Assembly (NCBI RefSeq): GCF_000143415.4
Contig: NW_003314272.1
Location: 1,150,184 to 1,214,183, forward strand
DNA from: Selaginella moellendorffii
Taxonomy: Eukaryota > Plantae > Lycopodiophyta
Direction of reading: 5' to 3'
DNA: 64,000 bases
In this document: positions 1 to 11,221 of the stretch, in pieces
How the letters are laid out: the number at the start of each line of letters is the position of its first letter
How positions within the stretch are numbered: the stretch's first letter is position 1
Translations under genes and position numbers: made by a program
The notes under the pieces: model-generated
The model's database searches: none
Told to the model about the DNA's origin: nothing
What the model saw: the letters and a program-made list of their open reading frames with translations, nothing else

Positions 1-495
1 AAGCCCTAAATCCCAGCACAGAATATTCCACACAGCATCACCGAATATTCGTAAAACGCCCTTTCGGAAAAGGTGAAAAGTAAAGTAAAGAAAAGAAAAG
101 ATTGCCACGAAGGCAATGTGATTCATGCAACGCAGGTGGGCGCAAAAATATCAACGTGTGACATGGCGCGAGGCTGGCCATTCTCGCGCTGCCACGAAGC
201 CCCCACCGTCCATGCTCCGCGTTGGACCCGGGGCATCTCCACGCGAATATGCTTCGCCCTCATGTCCAGTGTCGCGTTGCGCCATGCTGGGGCGTATCCC
301 GGATTCCAGCTGGGACCCTTCGCCTCCTTCTCCACACATTGCCCCGCGCTATTGATATTTTTTTCTACCAGGCCTAGTACTTAAGCTACCACCCATTCTT
401 CTCTCTCTCACTCCACTCTGTCTCTCTCGCTCGCTCCGCTCGAGGAGGAGGGAATCTGATCGAGAGAGCGGATAGAGGGAGAGGAGCGAGGAGCA

Positions 496-1450
496 ATGGC
501 AGCAACAGTAGCCAGCACCGGCGCTGCTTCTTCCTCTTCTTCTTCGTGTCCTTCTTCTTCGAATTCCTGTACTAGAGCTCTTCCCAGATCCACCATCGTG
601 AGGATGAGGACGAGGGCGGTCGAGTGCTGCGCGGCCTCGAGCAAATCCGCCGCTGTTGGGTCGAGCGTGCGCTGCCCAATCTCAGCTCCGGTGCCGTCCC
701 GATTCGTCCTTCCGCCGCAGATGATCCCAATTCCGGTGGTGATCGAGGTAACGTCTCGGAAGCTATGTCTTGTTCGTTGAGTTCCGTGCTTATGTCGGTG
801 TGCGCGGTTTGTCGGTGGTGGCTCAGGTTGATCAAGACGAGGAGGACGAGCTCACTTTCCTGGATTACGACGACGACAATGAAGGGAAGAGGAAGTCTCC
901 TTGGCTTACGTCTCAGTACTTGAGCTTGAGGCTGCGATGTTCCTCGTAAGTTTTCTCTCTCGGCAGGCTCTTGGATTGGAGCTCACAAACGAGTGCTCTG
1001 TCTAGGTTGATGATGAAGGAAGCGAAGGATGCTCTCAGTCGCCACTTCAAGGGACGAGAGCCGACCGTCTCCGTGAACTCCATGCTCAACACCACCGCTG
1101 ACAAAGTCTCGAGTTCTTCCGCCGGTAGCAACAAGAAGGCAACCGACAAGGTAGGAGTTTTCGCGTTTGATCGATCTTTTCTCGTCAGTGCCCCTGACTG
1201 ACTTGAATTGCTCGAAAAACTTTCCAGAACCGCCACCTCCAGCTGAATCTCATCAGCGAAAGCTACCACGGGGATACCGTTAAGTTCATCACGGATGTGG
1301 TTCTTTCCGACGAGCAGGGAGGTTACTTTGGAGACCGGGCCGTCAACTCCACCGTTGCTTGAGGATCGAGCTTGGGAAAAAGCGAGAATCTTCCTCTTCT
1401 TCATCCTCATCGAAAGGATAGAACACAATGGTGGAAGCGTTTTGCTAGGC
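496..1450 (+). CDS. Hypothetical spliced gene, possibly decayed at its 3' end
   Basis: ATG at 496 with a Ser-rich transit-peptide-like start. GT-AG introns near 748-826 and 946-1005 join in-frame exons (…VVIE|VDQDEEDEL…|LMMKEAKDAL…). Downstream frames hit stops and no family is recognised. Confidence 0.3.
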
Positions 1451-2807
1451 CCTGCTTCTACACTCCCATCCTGATCTGATGAACACCGGAACTTGGATGA
1501 TCTGTGCGAGGATGATCTGCTGCCTGGAAACTCTATTAAAAGCTTGGATCAAGAGAAAAATACGACTTTCGAGGATACATGATCGCGGCAGAGCACAGTT
1601 GGATCGTCGTCGTCTTGCTCCGGAAAAAAAGATAGAAAAGAGAATGCTTGGCTCGAGATGGCTGTAAAATAACAAGCGGAGGAGAAGAAACCAGAGAATA
1701 GAATACTCTCTCATATCACTCTCACTTGTTAGTGTGTGTCGAGTGATTGCCCACAATGTCAGGAATAATTCGAAGGCAATCACCAACAGGAATCCGGGAT
1801 AACATCGAAAACGGTTGACAGTGCTGTTCTCGAGATCTCCGGATGAGAGAAGGGAAATGCAAAGACGAATGTTCAAAGTGGAAGTCCAATTGAGGAGTCC
1901 AGCTCCATCGCAGTTCATGGCCTGTCAGTGAAGATTCCATCCTCGTTGAGCACGGAACTGTTGCAAAACAGCCAAGAAGTTGGGAAAAGATAAGACAGAA
2001 TCACGCCCATGCTCCACGGATGGATGGATCCATCCAGCTATTGTTTTAGCCAAAGCAAAGTATTTGATGGTTTGATCGCTAACCAGAAGCTCGACTACGG
2101 AGGTTCTTTCCACCACAAGAACTCGGTAGAAAAGTTGCAATGTAGCAAAAGCCAAAGGTTGTCGCTGGCACGAGATGCCTGGCGAATCGAGTAAAGTTCT
2201 GGCCCTGCACGTCTGCTCGAAAGCTCGCAAGAGACGAATAGCGGTGGCTATTCTTCTTCAAGAGATTCCCAAACTGTTTTGTTTGGTGTCCCGCTGAGCA
2301 ACAGAGGGATCCGCGCTCTCGCCTGCTTGTTTGCGTGAGGCGGTTCTTTGTACATGATTCTGGCATCAAGTTGCCATTGATCGTGCAAAGTACTTCCAAG
2401 TGTGGTCCTTGTGAGCGAATGAAGGATGGAAACTCGTACAAGCCTCTCCACCATTGTTCTCGAGAGAGCATACATTAAGGAACGGTCAGACTTCCAGTAT
2501 TTCTCCTCAGACTGCTGTCCTTCTGAATGTCGACAGCTTACCATTCTTCCTGCAACAGAGCTAACTTGAAAGCTCATCTATGAAAACTCAAAGGGAACGT
2601 GGATTTAAACTCACCAACAGTGCACACAACTCCAAAACACGTAGACTATCCCACACAAAAACCATGGAGCGTCAGTGCCGATTGCTCTTCAAGCTACCCA
2701 AGTGCCGCTAATTCTGGTGGTCGAATGCTGGCTTTATTGAGGAAGTGTTCAACGAAGTTCTATCCATAATTCGAAGGATAGATGCGAGTTGAGCTTAATT
2801 TCACGTC

Positions 2808-2898
2808 AGTCAATGAAAGCCATCGCAGTCTTTGACTCAATGGAAGTCAATAAATGTCAAAGAAGGTCTTCAAAAGACTGGATTGACTACTATTGACC
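2808..2898. promoter_or_regulatory. W-box (TTGACY) cluster upstream of the CRK gene
   Basis: AGTCAA 2808, TTGACT 2832, AGTCAA 2845, TTGACT 2883, TTGACC 2893, plus TGTCAA 2855. A TATA-like CTATAAAA lies at ~3359. Confidence 0.6.
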
Positions 2899-3399
2899 TT
2901 GAGCTCAAATTAAGCATGACTAGCTGATATCTTTAACTATGGGTAGAGAGTGCATGGTTCAACTTTACCAGAACTTCTAACTCCATGATTGGAAACGTGG
3001 ATCATTGCATTGTTTACAGGTCTGAAATCTTTGCGAGGCCAGGAAAGATGGAGATTTGGGGCATTGTGGAGGAAAGTATAAATACAAAGTCAGGAGGGCT
3101 ACGAGTGATGTTGTGGCGATACTCTCTCTACTTTGGCCGCTAAGCTCCACCACGTGTCTTGCATACGACCCCTGCTGTCCGAAACAGAGTGTCAATCCCG
3201 GTGACTTTAATTACATTAACTTGGTGCATTTCATTCCTTAAACTAAGAATATTTCAGGTGTTACAGGCATGCCATCTGGAGGCGTCCCGCCTCACAAGCC
3301 AAGTTCTGACTTCCAAGGAGGTTCACAACTGTTTGTATTGCTGCTCATGAAAGCCCACCTATAAAACCAAGGGGGCAAATGCTGTCTATCAGACAAGAA

Positions 3400-5149
3400 A
3401 TGGCTGTGGAGATCCTCTTCTTCTGCTGGTTCCTGATCGCAACCCGCGTTGATCAGGCTGCGGCACAGGCCACACCAGGCATCTACTTCAACAGCAGGAG
3501 AACCACCGCAGGGAGCCAGCTCCAAGCCAACATAGACTTCGTAGTCGGGTTCCTCGCAGATCACTCCTCCCAATGGCTACGCGACATGTCCCGGCTATGG
3601 CAAGACCCCGGACACCATCTACGCGAACACGGGCTGCTACAACCGGCCGGATCAACAAAGCTGCACCGTTTGCATCAACATCGCCTACTCAACGGCCCAA
3701 ACCTCGGCTCCACTCACCATCGGTGCTGCTGTCTGGCTCAATGAAACCGCGCACCAGTACGCATGCAGCCTGACCTTCGAAGTATACAACTTCACGGACT
3801 CGTTGCTCGCTTCGCGTAAGTGCTTCCAAAGCTCTAAAGTTGTGGTTTCTCTCATCTTGGAAACTATGCCACTAGATATGCTCGGGGTCTTAGGTCCCAG
3901 CGGCGTAGTGTTTTTCGTCTTGAGATGGAGATGGAGGCCACGGAGAAAGGTCTCGGATTCGGAGAGCTCTGTCTATAACATGGGGAATCCAAGGCTGTTT
4001 ACGTACAACGAGTTGTCTGTGGCCACGGATAGTTTCAGTGAGGAAAACCAGCTTGGTCAAGGTGGCTTTGGAGTTGTGTACAAGGTAATCTCGTCCAAAG
4101 GTGTCCACTCATAAGCGTTGATTGCCAGGCCAATCTCAAGGATGGGACGCAAGTGGCAGTGAAGAAGCTCTCGCTCCACTCCAAGCAGGGAAAGCAAGAG
4201 TTTGTCAACGAGCTCAACATTATCACAGGGATTCGCCACCGGAATCTTGCCATGCTCCACGGATATTGCGTCGAAGCCAATGAGAGGCTCTTGGTTTACG
4301 AGTTCCTGGAGAACGGCAGTCTCGACAGTGCGCTCTTCCGTTAAGTGTTTGTCTCCACTTTTATTAAGATCTTATTTTCTCCTCACAGAAAGTTCTTCGG
4401 CCTTGAATTGGCAGTCTCGGTTCCAGATCACGATCGGGATCGCTCGGGGCCTTGCTTACCTGCACGAGGAGTCACACTTTCAGATAATCCACAGGGACAT
4501 CAAAGCCAGCAACGTTCTCCTCGACGCCAAGTTACAGCCAAAGATATCGGACTTTGGCCTCTCCAAGCTCTTCGATCTGGATGGAAAGCACGTCGTCTCA
4601 AAAGTGGCTGGAACATTGTAAGTTCTCTTCTAGTGGAAGATATGGTTGACAGATTTGCCTCGTTTTTGCAGCGGATATATGGCACCAGAATATGCGGTTC
4701 ACAGGAGATTGTCACCGAAAGCCGACGTCTTCAGCTTTGGGGTTCCCGTCCTGGTGATCTTGAGCGGGAGGAAGTGCGTGGATCTGGCACGATCATCTGG
4801 CCAAGAACACATAGTGCAAATGGTGAGCATAAAAATAAATAAATCTTCTTACGGTTGGTTTCTCCAGACTTGGAAGCTCTGCGAGGCTGGAAAATTGGAC
4901 GAGTGCGTTGACTGGAAGCTTGGCAGTGATTATGATCCCGACGAAGTCTACAGGATGGTTCACATTGCTCTGCTGTGCACTCAAGAGCGTGAAGAGCTCC
5001 GACCAGTAATGAGCGACGTTGTGACAATGCTACTGGGACGTCTTGACCTCCACCCTCTCCCTACTCATGCCCCCGGTACTTATCTTAAGACCAGGACCAG
5101 CTCCAGTACTGGTAATAGGTGTTCCATAGAAGTTTTCAGTGCTCGCTAG
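3400..5149 (+). pseudogene. Cysteine-rich receptor-like kinase with a single DUF26/Gnk2 ectodomain; apparent frameshift near 3571
   Basis: Signal peptide MAVEILFFCWFL. In the shifted frame, CYNRPDQQSCTVC matches C-X8-C-X2-C. A short TM is followed by the basic stretch RWRWRPRRK. Kinase motifs across GT-AG introns: GQGGFGVVYK, VAVKKL, HRDIKASN, DFG, GYMAPEY. Confidence 0.75.
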
Positions 5150-5283
5150 TCCGCTGTCTGTTTCGATTTACAAGTCGTTTGTAATTGCGTTACTGCAATA
5201 GAGAGTATAACTGACTCACCGTCAGAAGCCAAGAACATTAAGACACAGTCGCAAGTGTGTCAGGACTACAGAATATATGATCC

Positions 5284-6831
5284 TTATACGAGGAATTCCA
5301 ATCCCTTTGCAGTAGGAAGGAGGCCATGAGTTGATAGATATTCTGCATTGTAGAACTTGCTTAGATGGCGTGAACCACTATCGCAAAGAATGGTGACGAT
5401 GGTGTGGCCGGGACCAAGCAAGCGAGCAACCCGCACAGCGCCTACGCAGTTCATCGCCGAGGAGCTGCCGACGAAGATTCCATCCTCTCTCAATAAGAAC
5501 CTGTTGCAGGAAAGGCAACCAAGCTCAAAAAGGAAGGCCAAAGAATACAAAACTGACCTCGACATCTCTACGGCTTCCTTGTCAGTGCCTCGGATGGCTC
5601 CATCAAGTTTAGCCAAAAGGAAATTTTTCGTCAGACGGTTAATGCCAATTCCCTCCGTTATGGTATCGAATGGATTTTTAAGTCTCTTTCCTTCTGCTTC
5701 TTCTCTAGCATACAGGACACCTCTTGAAACCCTGTTATAAAGTCCAGAACCAGGCGGGTCTATCAAGTAACACTTGACTTCTGGCCTTTGATCCTGCAAG
5801 AAGGAAAAAGAACTCTTTGACAAATGCAAAGCTTGGAGCTTGGAAATTACCTTGAGATAGCATGTAATGCCCGCGATTGTGCCACCGGTGCCAGATGCCG
5901 CTACAAAAGCATCAACTTTGCCTCCAGTTTGCTTCCATATTTCTGGCCCCGTTCCTTGGTAATGAGCCCGAAAGTTTGCCAGGTTCTCAAACTGGTCAGC
6001 AAAATATCCCCCTTGCGCTTCATCTTTGCTGTCGACGTTATGTGTACCATTTTTCGTTTGATTCTTGTCATTTTTATCGAAGGGGCAAACGATCATTCGC
6101 TCTTTGTACTTTGCTTCAGCTTCCTGTGCTCTTCGTCGTGCAATGTTTACGAAGTGGTCCTTATGCGTTATGGAAACCGGTCGAACTCTCTCCACAGTGG
6201 CACCTAGCGCTTCCAGAAGTTGAGCCTACAACGAATGCGTTTTGAGTCATACAAGTGAGAACGAATTCCAAAACCAACCTTTTCGATTGCTGCATCATCT
6301 GGAATCACTACATGGCACTTGCAACCACACGCCACGGCAACCATAGCCAGGCTAATGGCAGTGCTTCCAGCGCTTCCTTCGGTGACCACACCTCCAGGAC
6401 GTAGCTTTCCGGATTGCAAAGCCTGCAAACACGAGAAAAACGAAAGAAGGAAAGTGACAAAGTAGAGAAAAAAATACAAACAGACCTCTTTGATGACTTT
6501 CACAGCTACTCGATCTTTGATACTTCCTCCAGGATTTAGAAACTCCGCTTTGGCATAAATCTGGCAACAAACACTGAGCGCTGCTCAAGGTCGGTAGAAA
6601 AACATTCACCTCGCAGCCTGTTGCCTCGGACAAACTCCGAATTCTCACCAGCGGCGTGTTCCCGACAGCTCCCAGAATCCCGTGCGCGTGTTGCCGATCG
6701 CAATGCGCCGCGCTCCACACGATCTGAGAGCTGCGCCGCCGCCGCCGCCGCCGACTGGAGCTCACAATCGCGATGGCGCCAATGACGAGAGCTCCTCCGG
6801 AGATCACCACCGCGATCGCGAGCTTCCTCAT
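5284..6831 (-). CDS. Cysteine synthase-like PLP-dependent enzyme with N-terminal membrane anchor
   Basis: Spliced exons give GNTPLVRI, KAEFLNPGGSIKDRVA (PLP lysine), DQFENLAN, SGTGGT, EGIG, VGSSSAMN and TILCDSGSRH. The N-terminus is hydrophobic and followed by poly-Arg. Confidence 0.9.
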
Positions 6832-6910
6832 ATTGACCTAAATATTTTCCCCCTCTGGTGGAATTTAACGGGCAAATGTACAAAGATCGCAGTAAAAAAG
6901 AGAATCTAAT

Positions 6911-9386
6911 CTATGCCAGGTATTGGACGGCCTGGATTTCTTGGTTCCGTCGCTCTTGCCTGAGGCGCTTGGAGTACGATGGAAGATGTAATCTCTTCGT
7001 TCTCGTGGCTTGTTTCATAGTCTCGAAAGTCGGCATGCTGTCAAATCCTCCAGGAGGAGCCATGGATTTTCTGGAAAGATCACTCGAGCAATATAAGTTC
7101 TTGACCACTCTGGATTGAAAAGCTTACCGCGCAAGGACTGGGAGCTTGAACGGATCCTCGGGCTTTGGTATTTGTTCTCCTCCTTCACCACCAGCAGCAG
7201 TGGCATCAGGAGCTCCAGGAGCCTGTTGAAGATATGCCGAGAGAGATGAGTAAGTTATAGATTGGAACGCTCCGTTACCTGAGGAGGAACGATTTCGGCG
7301 GGAGGAGCAACGACGGACTTCTTCGGGGACAGAGTAACAGATTTTCTGGGAGCAGCGGCAGCGGCAGCAGCAGCATCGATTGTTGGAGCGGGGACAACCG
7401 GTGGTAAAGTCACTACAGTCGTCTGATCCTCGGGAGATTTTTCATCTCTGGGTGGCTGTTCCGGTGTTGGCTTCGTCACTGCTGGTTTCAGGATTGGCAG
7501 AGTCCTTGTGGCGATGCCGGGAGGATCAGCAGGCATGAAACTCTTGAATGTCATTTCTCGTTTAGTGTTTTCTTCCTCAGATAGCTGCTCCAAGTAACTA
7601 GAGATTAAGAAAATACTGTCAGAAATGAAACCAGATAAACGACTTTGGTACCTCAAACACAGCATTTCTCTTGGTGGAACAAGCGGACTTCCTTGCTTCA
7701 CTAAAGGATCACCAGTGATGACATTGACCAGGTGATACTGATCCTCCACCCTACGTTGCAAATTAAGTACATCCTAGCGCTGCTTAGAAAGATATCACTT
7801 ACTCTTTCATTTGCCTTTTGCCAGTCCGACCCGTCTCCTCCAAAAGGACTTGCAAGCCCTGACCCAAGTTGCCGTATACGCCTTCCCACTGATCTTGGCC
7901 ATTTCTCTTTGCCACGATCTTTTCAAGCCTGCTTGGACAGCTTACATTACAAACAGAGACCATAGAAAAGATAGTCATACCCGCTGGGCCATCTCAGGCA
8001 CTTCGCAAATCTCAAAAATCTGCAGAGGTAACAGAATAGCTCAGCAGAGTTATAATCAGAAGAAAGTATACATACGGCACACATCCTTCTCCCTCCTTAT
8101 CCGCATAAGGAATCAATCTTCGAAACTCTTCGTCCGTGTAGTATACACCAAACTGCTCTAAACTAGTACGCAAATCCTCGTAACTAACCTGCAGAGACGA
8201 AACAATGAAATTAGTTCTAGAAAAAAAAAACAAAGTAAAAGAAAACACCCATGTAATACTAGTTATATCATACCCTGAGCATGAGGAAGAGCTGACCCTA
8301 TCTGTACTGTTTGGATCAAAATGTTTGCACGCATCTGGAAGCTGGCCTGATTTCCAATACAACTGCACAATCGAAAAAAAGAATTTAGAAAAAAGAAGAA
8401 TGTAAGAAGAGTTCGAATGCAAGACGTACTTTCTCCATCAATCTGTCGATTACAGGCTCTCCTCCGGATTGCCATAACCGTTTTCGAGGGGCTATCATTT
8501 TCCTCTTGAGCCTCTTGAACTCTGGAGCGTTTGTTTGTAAGTAAATAGTCATAATGTAAACTTTCTATAGGAAACTTACTTTGTTCGGCTGTCTCCTCAG
8601 GCTCAGTGGGATATAGCGGTTCCAATGGATTCGATCTGGGATTTCTGTCGAATCCAAATCTCTTCTTCCCGATATTGATGTCGAAAAGCTCAAGCCCCGT
8701 GCCAACCTTGCACCGAAATCGTCTATGAACATAAAGAATTCAGTCAGTAAAGAAACACGCAGAATAAACTTAAGCAGCTCACTCGCGAGTCCATTTTGCA
8801 GGATGAGACTTCTTATCAAACAATATGTCCTCGAGACGAACACGCACGGGGCCTTTGAAAAGAATCCTTGGTTTAGCACCAACAATGTCGCTCACATCCA
8901 GGAGATCGGTTACTCTGTTGGAAAATATCTGGAGAAACCACCACAGCCGAACGTAAGGAATAATCTAAGCAGAGGAGAAAAGCACCTGATCACCAGCTGG
9001 GAGGAGATTTGGACCCTCAGGAATTACGTAATCTGGATCCAAAGGATTGACGCAGCGATCAGTAATAAGTCGCCTCGATGGCCGCTTCTTCCTGTAAAGA
9101 TCTTGCGGCAGCCATGTATCTGGAAACATTTTGCTGGCGTCCTGCATTCCAAAACCTGTGCTTCGTGAGTTTGGTGGATGAAATTTTCAATCGAAGTCTA
9201 AGAAGAAGATCTAGGAAATAATTTTTTCTTTCTTACTTCTGGATGTAGATACGTCCTGATGGTGGGAGCAAATCTAGCTCCTTCGATGTCGTCCGTGGTG
9301 AGCGAAAGAGGAATGCCCTTGGGCACCATGCACCGGTGGACATCCCCATGGTTGGCGTAGGGCGCCCAATCGATCGTCTCCGCCAT
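6911..9386 (-). CDS. EF-hand protein with duplicated DI-x-GA / NPL-x-P-x-Y repeats (candidate flagellar protein)
   Basis: Multi-exon gene. Repeats LTTDDIEGARF…VNPLDPDY and LDVSDIVGAKP…SNPLEPLY. EF-hand pair HFDPNSTDR|VSYEDL and ADKEGEGCVPY. The C-terminus ends RNQEIQAVQYLA*. Confidence 0.6.
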
Positions 9387-9787
9387 CGCGCGCCTCCCTC
9401 TTCTTCGTCCTCTCCCCTTTTCTCACCTGTGTCTCCAAAATCCCCTCATCTTACTCGAGCTGTGAAGCTCCAGACCGCCCCAGGAATCTCCTCCCAACGC
9501 CAGGAATCAAGGCGAGGTGCTGCTGATCGCATTGTGCTCGCAAATTACCTCCGCATCATCCAAGATTTCGAGGGATCGGGCGCGCTTCCATCCTTCCACT
9601 GCTCTCTTGCTGTTCATTCCTCCAAGAGGTGCGCGGCCACGCTGCTGACGCGGCTAGGGCTTTGCAGCTGACGCGAGCCACTACAACGTCGCCCAGTGTA
9701 CGGCCAGAAATGGGCGGGAGAGTTTTCAAAAGTTCAAAGCCCTAAGAACTAAACTGGTAATTAGGGCTAAGGTTTATGTTCTGCCCT

Positions 9788-9830
9788 ATCCCACATGCCC
9801 TGGCGCACGCGAAGAGGGCCAACATATAAG
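9788..9830 (+). promoter_or_regulatory. Plant snRNA-type promoter: USE plus TATA with Pol III spacing
   Basis: ATCCCACATG at 9788 (USE consensus RTCCCACATCG) and TATAAG at 9825, about 26 bp apart. This is the short spacing used by Pol III genes. Confidence 0.8.
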
Positions 9831-9852
9831 AAGCTCCATGACGAAAGCTTTC

Positions 9853-10066
9853 ACGACTGTACTTGAACAGGATCTGTTCTCTAGGTCGTACTTCAGTCCA
9901 TACCGAGAGGTATAGACAAACCGATTTACCCGGACGATGAGACTGAGCCCACCGGCTTGAGCGCGACCGTACGGTGCTTGGTACTATTGTGCCATGCGGC
10001 CCATAGATGACCGTTCACTCCGAGCTTGCTCGGTTGTGAAGGCCGGGCGGGCAGTCTGACGGGTCC
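9853..10066 (+). ncRNA. U3: U3 snoRNA
   Basis: 5' ACGACTGTACTTGAACAGGATCTGTTCT matches the plant U3 GAC/A'/A boxes. Also box C' GACGATGA, box B GAGCGCGA, box C-like AGATGA, box D AGTCTGA and a terminal stem ACCCG/CGGGT. Confidence 0.92.
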
Positions 10067-10071
10067 AAAAC

Positions 10072-10077
10072 TTTTTT
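10072..10077 (+). terminator. Pol III oligo-T terminator of U3
   Basis: TTTTTT immediately after the U3 3' stem. Confidence 0.7.
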
Positions 10078-10170
10078 ATCTTTAGATAATTACCTTTTCA
10101 GATATAACATGACGTAACTTCTTACAGATACATTACATCGTCTAACATTGATTTCTCGCTATAAGGTATA

Positions 10171-11067
10171 TCAGCTATTCTCGCTTGGAACACCAAACGT
10201 TATTCTATTGGCGAGCTTTCTCAAGTTGGTCATCTTATATTTTTCCTTGGTCTTGCGAACCCTCCTCCCGCCGCGTTTCTTCTTTGATTCTCCAATCCGG
10301 GGAACTGGCAAGGGCGTGGCGGACTTTAGAAGTGGCCGCTCTTGCCACTTGTTGATCGTCTTAAGTATCTCCTCGCGTAGAGCTCTCCCAATCTCGCCAC
10401 CTTTAGTGCTGTTGATCGTCGTGGTAGCATCCACACGAGCTGCTAATGCTGCCTTTGAACAAACGAGGCGACACGCCCTCTTTCGAAGCGGCGGTGGCGT
10501 GGACTGTACAATCTCACACTCGAAAACATGCCCCATCCCATTGTTCTTCACCGTCGCTGATGAGAATCCTAATAGATCGTCGATCTCCTCCCTGCCTAGA
10601 AGCTTTACGTTGCATGCCGGCATGCTAGCCAGCGACGCGAGCCCGCCAGCTTCTTCGACGAGCTTTGCGGTTATGGAGCTCCCCAGAATGGCTGACAAGT
10701 TTGGAGCGGCAGAGCTCGTCTCGCTCTCCAAGAACCCTAAAACCTCCTTTCTCGTCTCCGTGAGCTCGATAATCCTATCGCATGCATCGAGCACGCGCTG
10801 CAAATCAGATTCCTCCAGTGTTGGCATGTCCATTATCGAGAAGAGCATCGAAATCGCCAGCGCTGTTGGAGCTGGAAGATCTTCCAGACTAACTTCACTA
10901 AGATCCATCTTGTTCCCAATCTTTTTCACTAGCCGCGCATAATCCAATGGATCCCTCACCATTAACTCTAGTTCTTTGAACCTCCTCCCGTACATAGTTT
11001 TCACGAAATCATACAAGCTTTCAATCTCCTTCTCCATTCTGATTTGCCCTAAGTCACAATCCTTCAA
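10171..11067 (-). CDS. PRP31: PRP31-like Nop-domain protein, intronless and truncated (possible retrocopy or pseudogene)
   Basis: PNLSAILG…AGGLASLASMPACNVKLLG, EIVQSTPPPLRKRACRLV…LAARVD and KKKRGGRR…RKLANRITFG. The ORF stops just after FGVP and the N-terminus is short. Confidence 0.8.
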   Translation of the reverse strand: MKDCDLGQIRMEKEIESLYDFVKTMYGRRFKELELMVRDPLDYARLVKKIGNKMDLSEVSLEDLPAPTALAISMLFSIMDMPTLEESDLQRVLDACDRIIELTETRKEVLGFLESETSSAAPNLSAILGSSITAKLVEEAGGLASLASMPACNVKLLGREEIDDLLGFSSATVKNNGMGHVFECEIVQSTPPPLRKRACRLVCSKAALAARVDATTTINSTKGGEIGRALREEILKTINKWQERPLLKSATPLPVPRIGESKKKRGGRRVRKTKEKYKMTNLRKLANRITFGVPSENS

Positions 11068-11221
11068 TTTATAGTACTACTACAAAAGGTAGATAAAACT
11101 AATTACAATCCTTTATTTTCATGTATTGTTTAATGAAAACCCCTAAAACCCTCGCATAGCTGCCACGTCATACGAAGATGGAGTGGCATTCCAGTTTCTA
11201 GGTTGAGGAGGAGCGCCCGCG

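Noticed and set aside
1450-2600. Several overlapping 60-160 aa ORFs on both strands
   Set aside because: No recognisable motif or consistent splice model; possibly decayed coding sequence.
10171-11067. Nop56/Nop58 identity suggested by the adjacent U3 gene
   Set aside because: The KKKRGGRR…KLANR..FG segment is diagnostic of PRP31.
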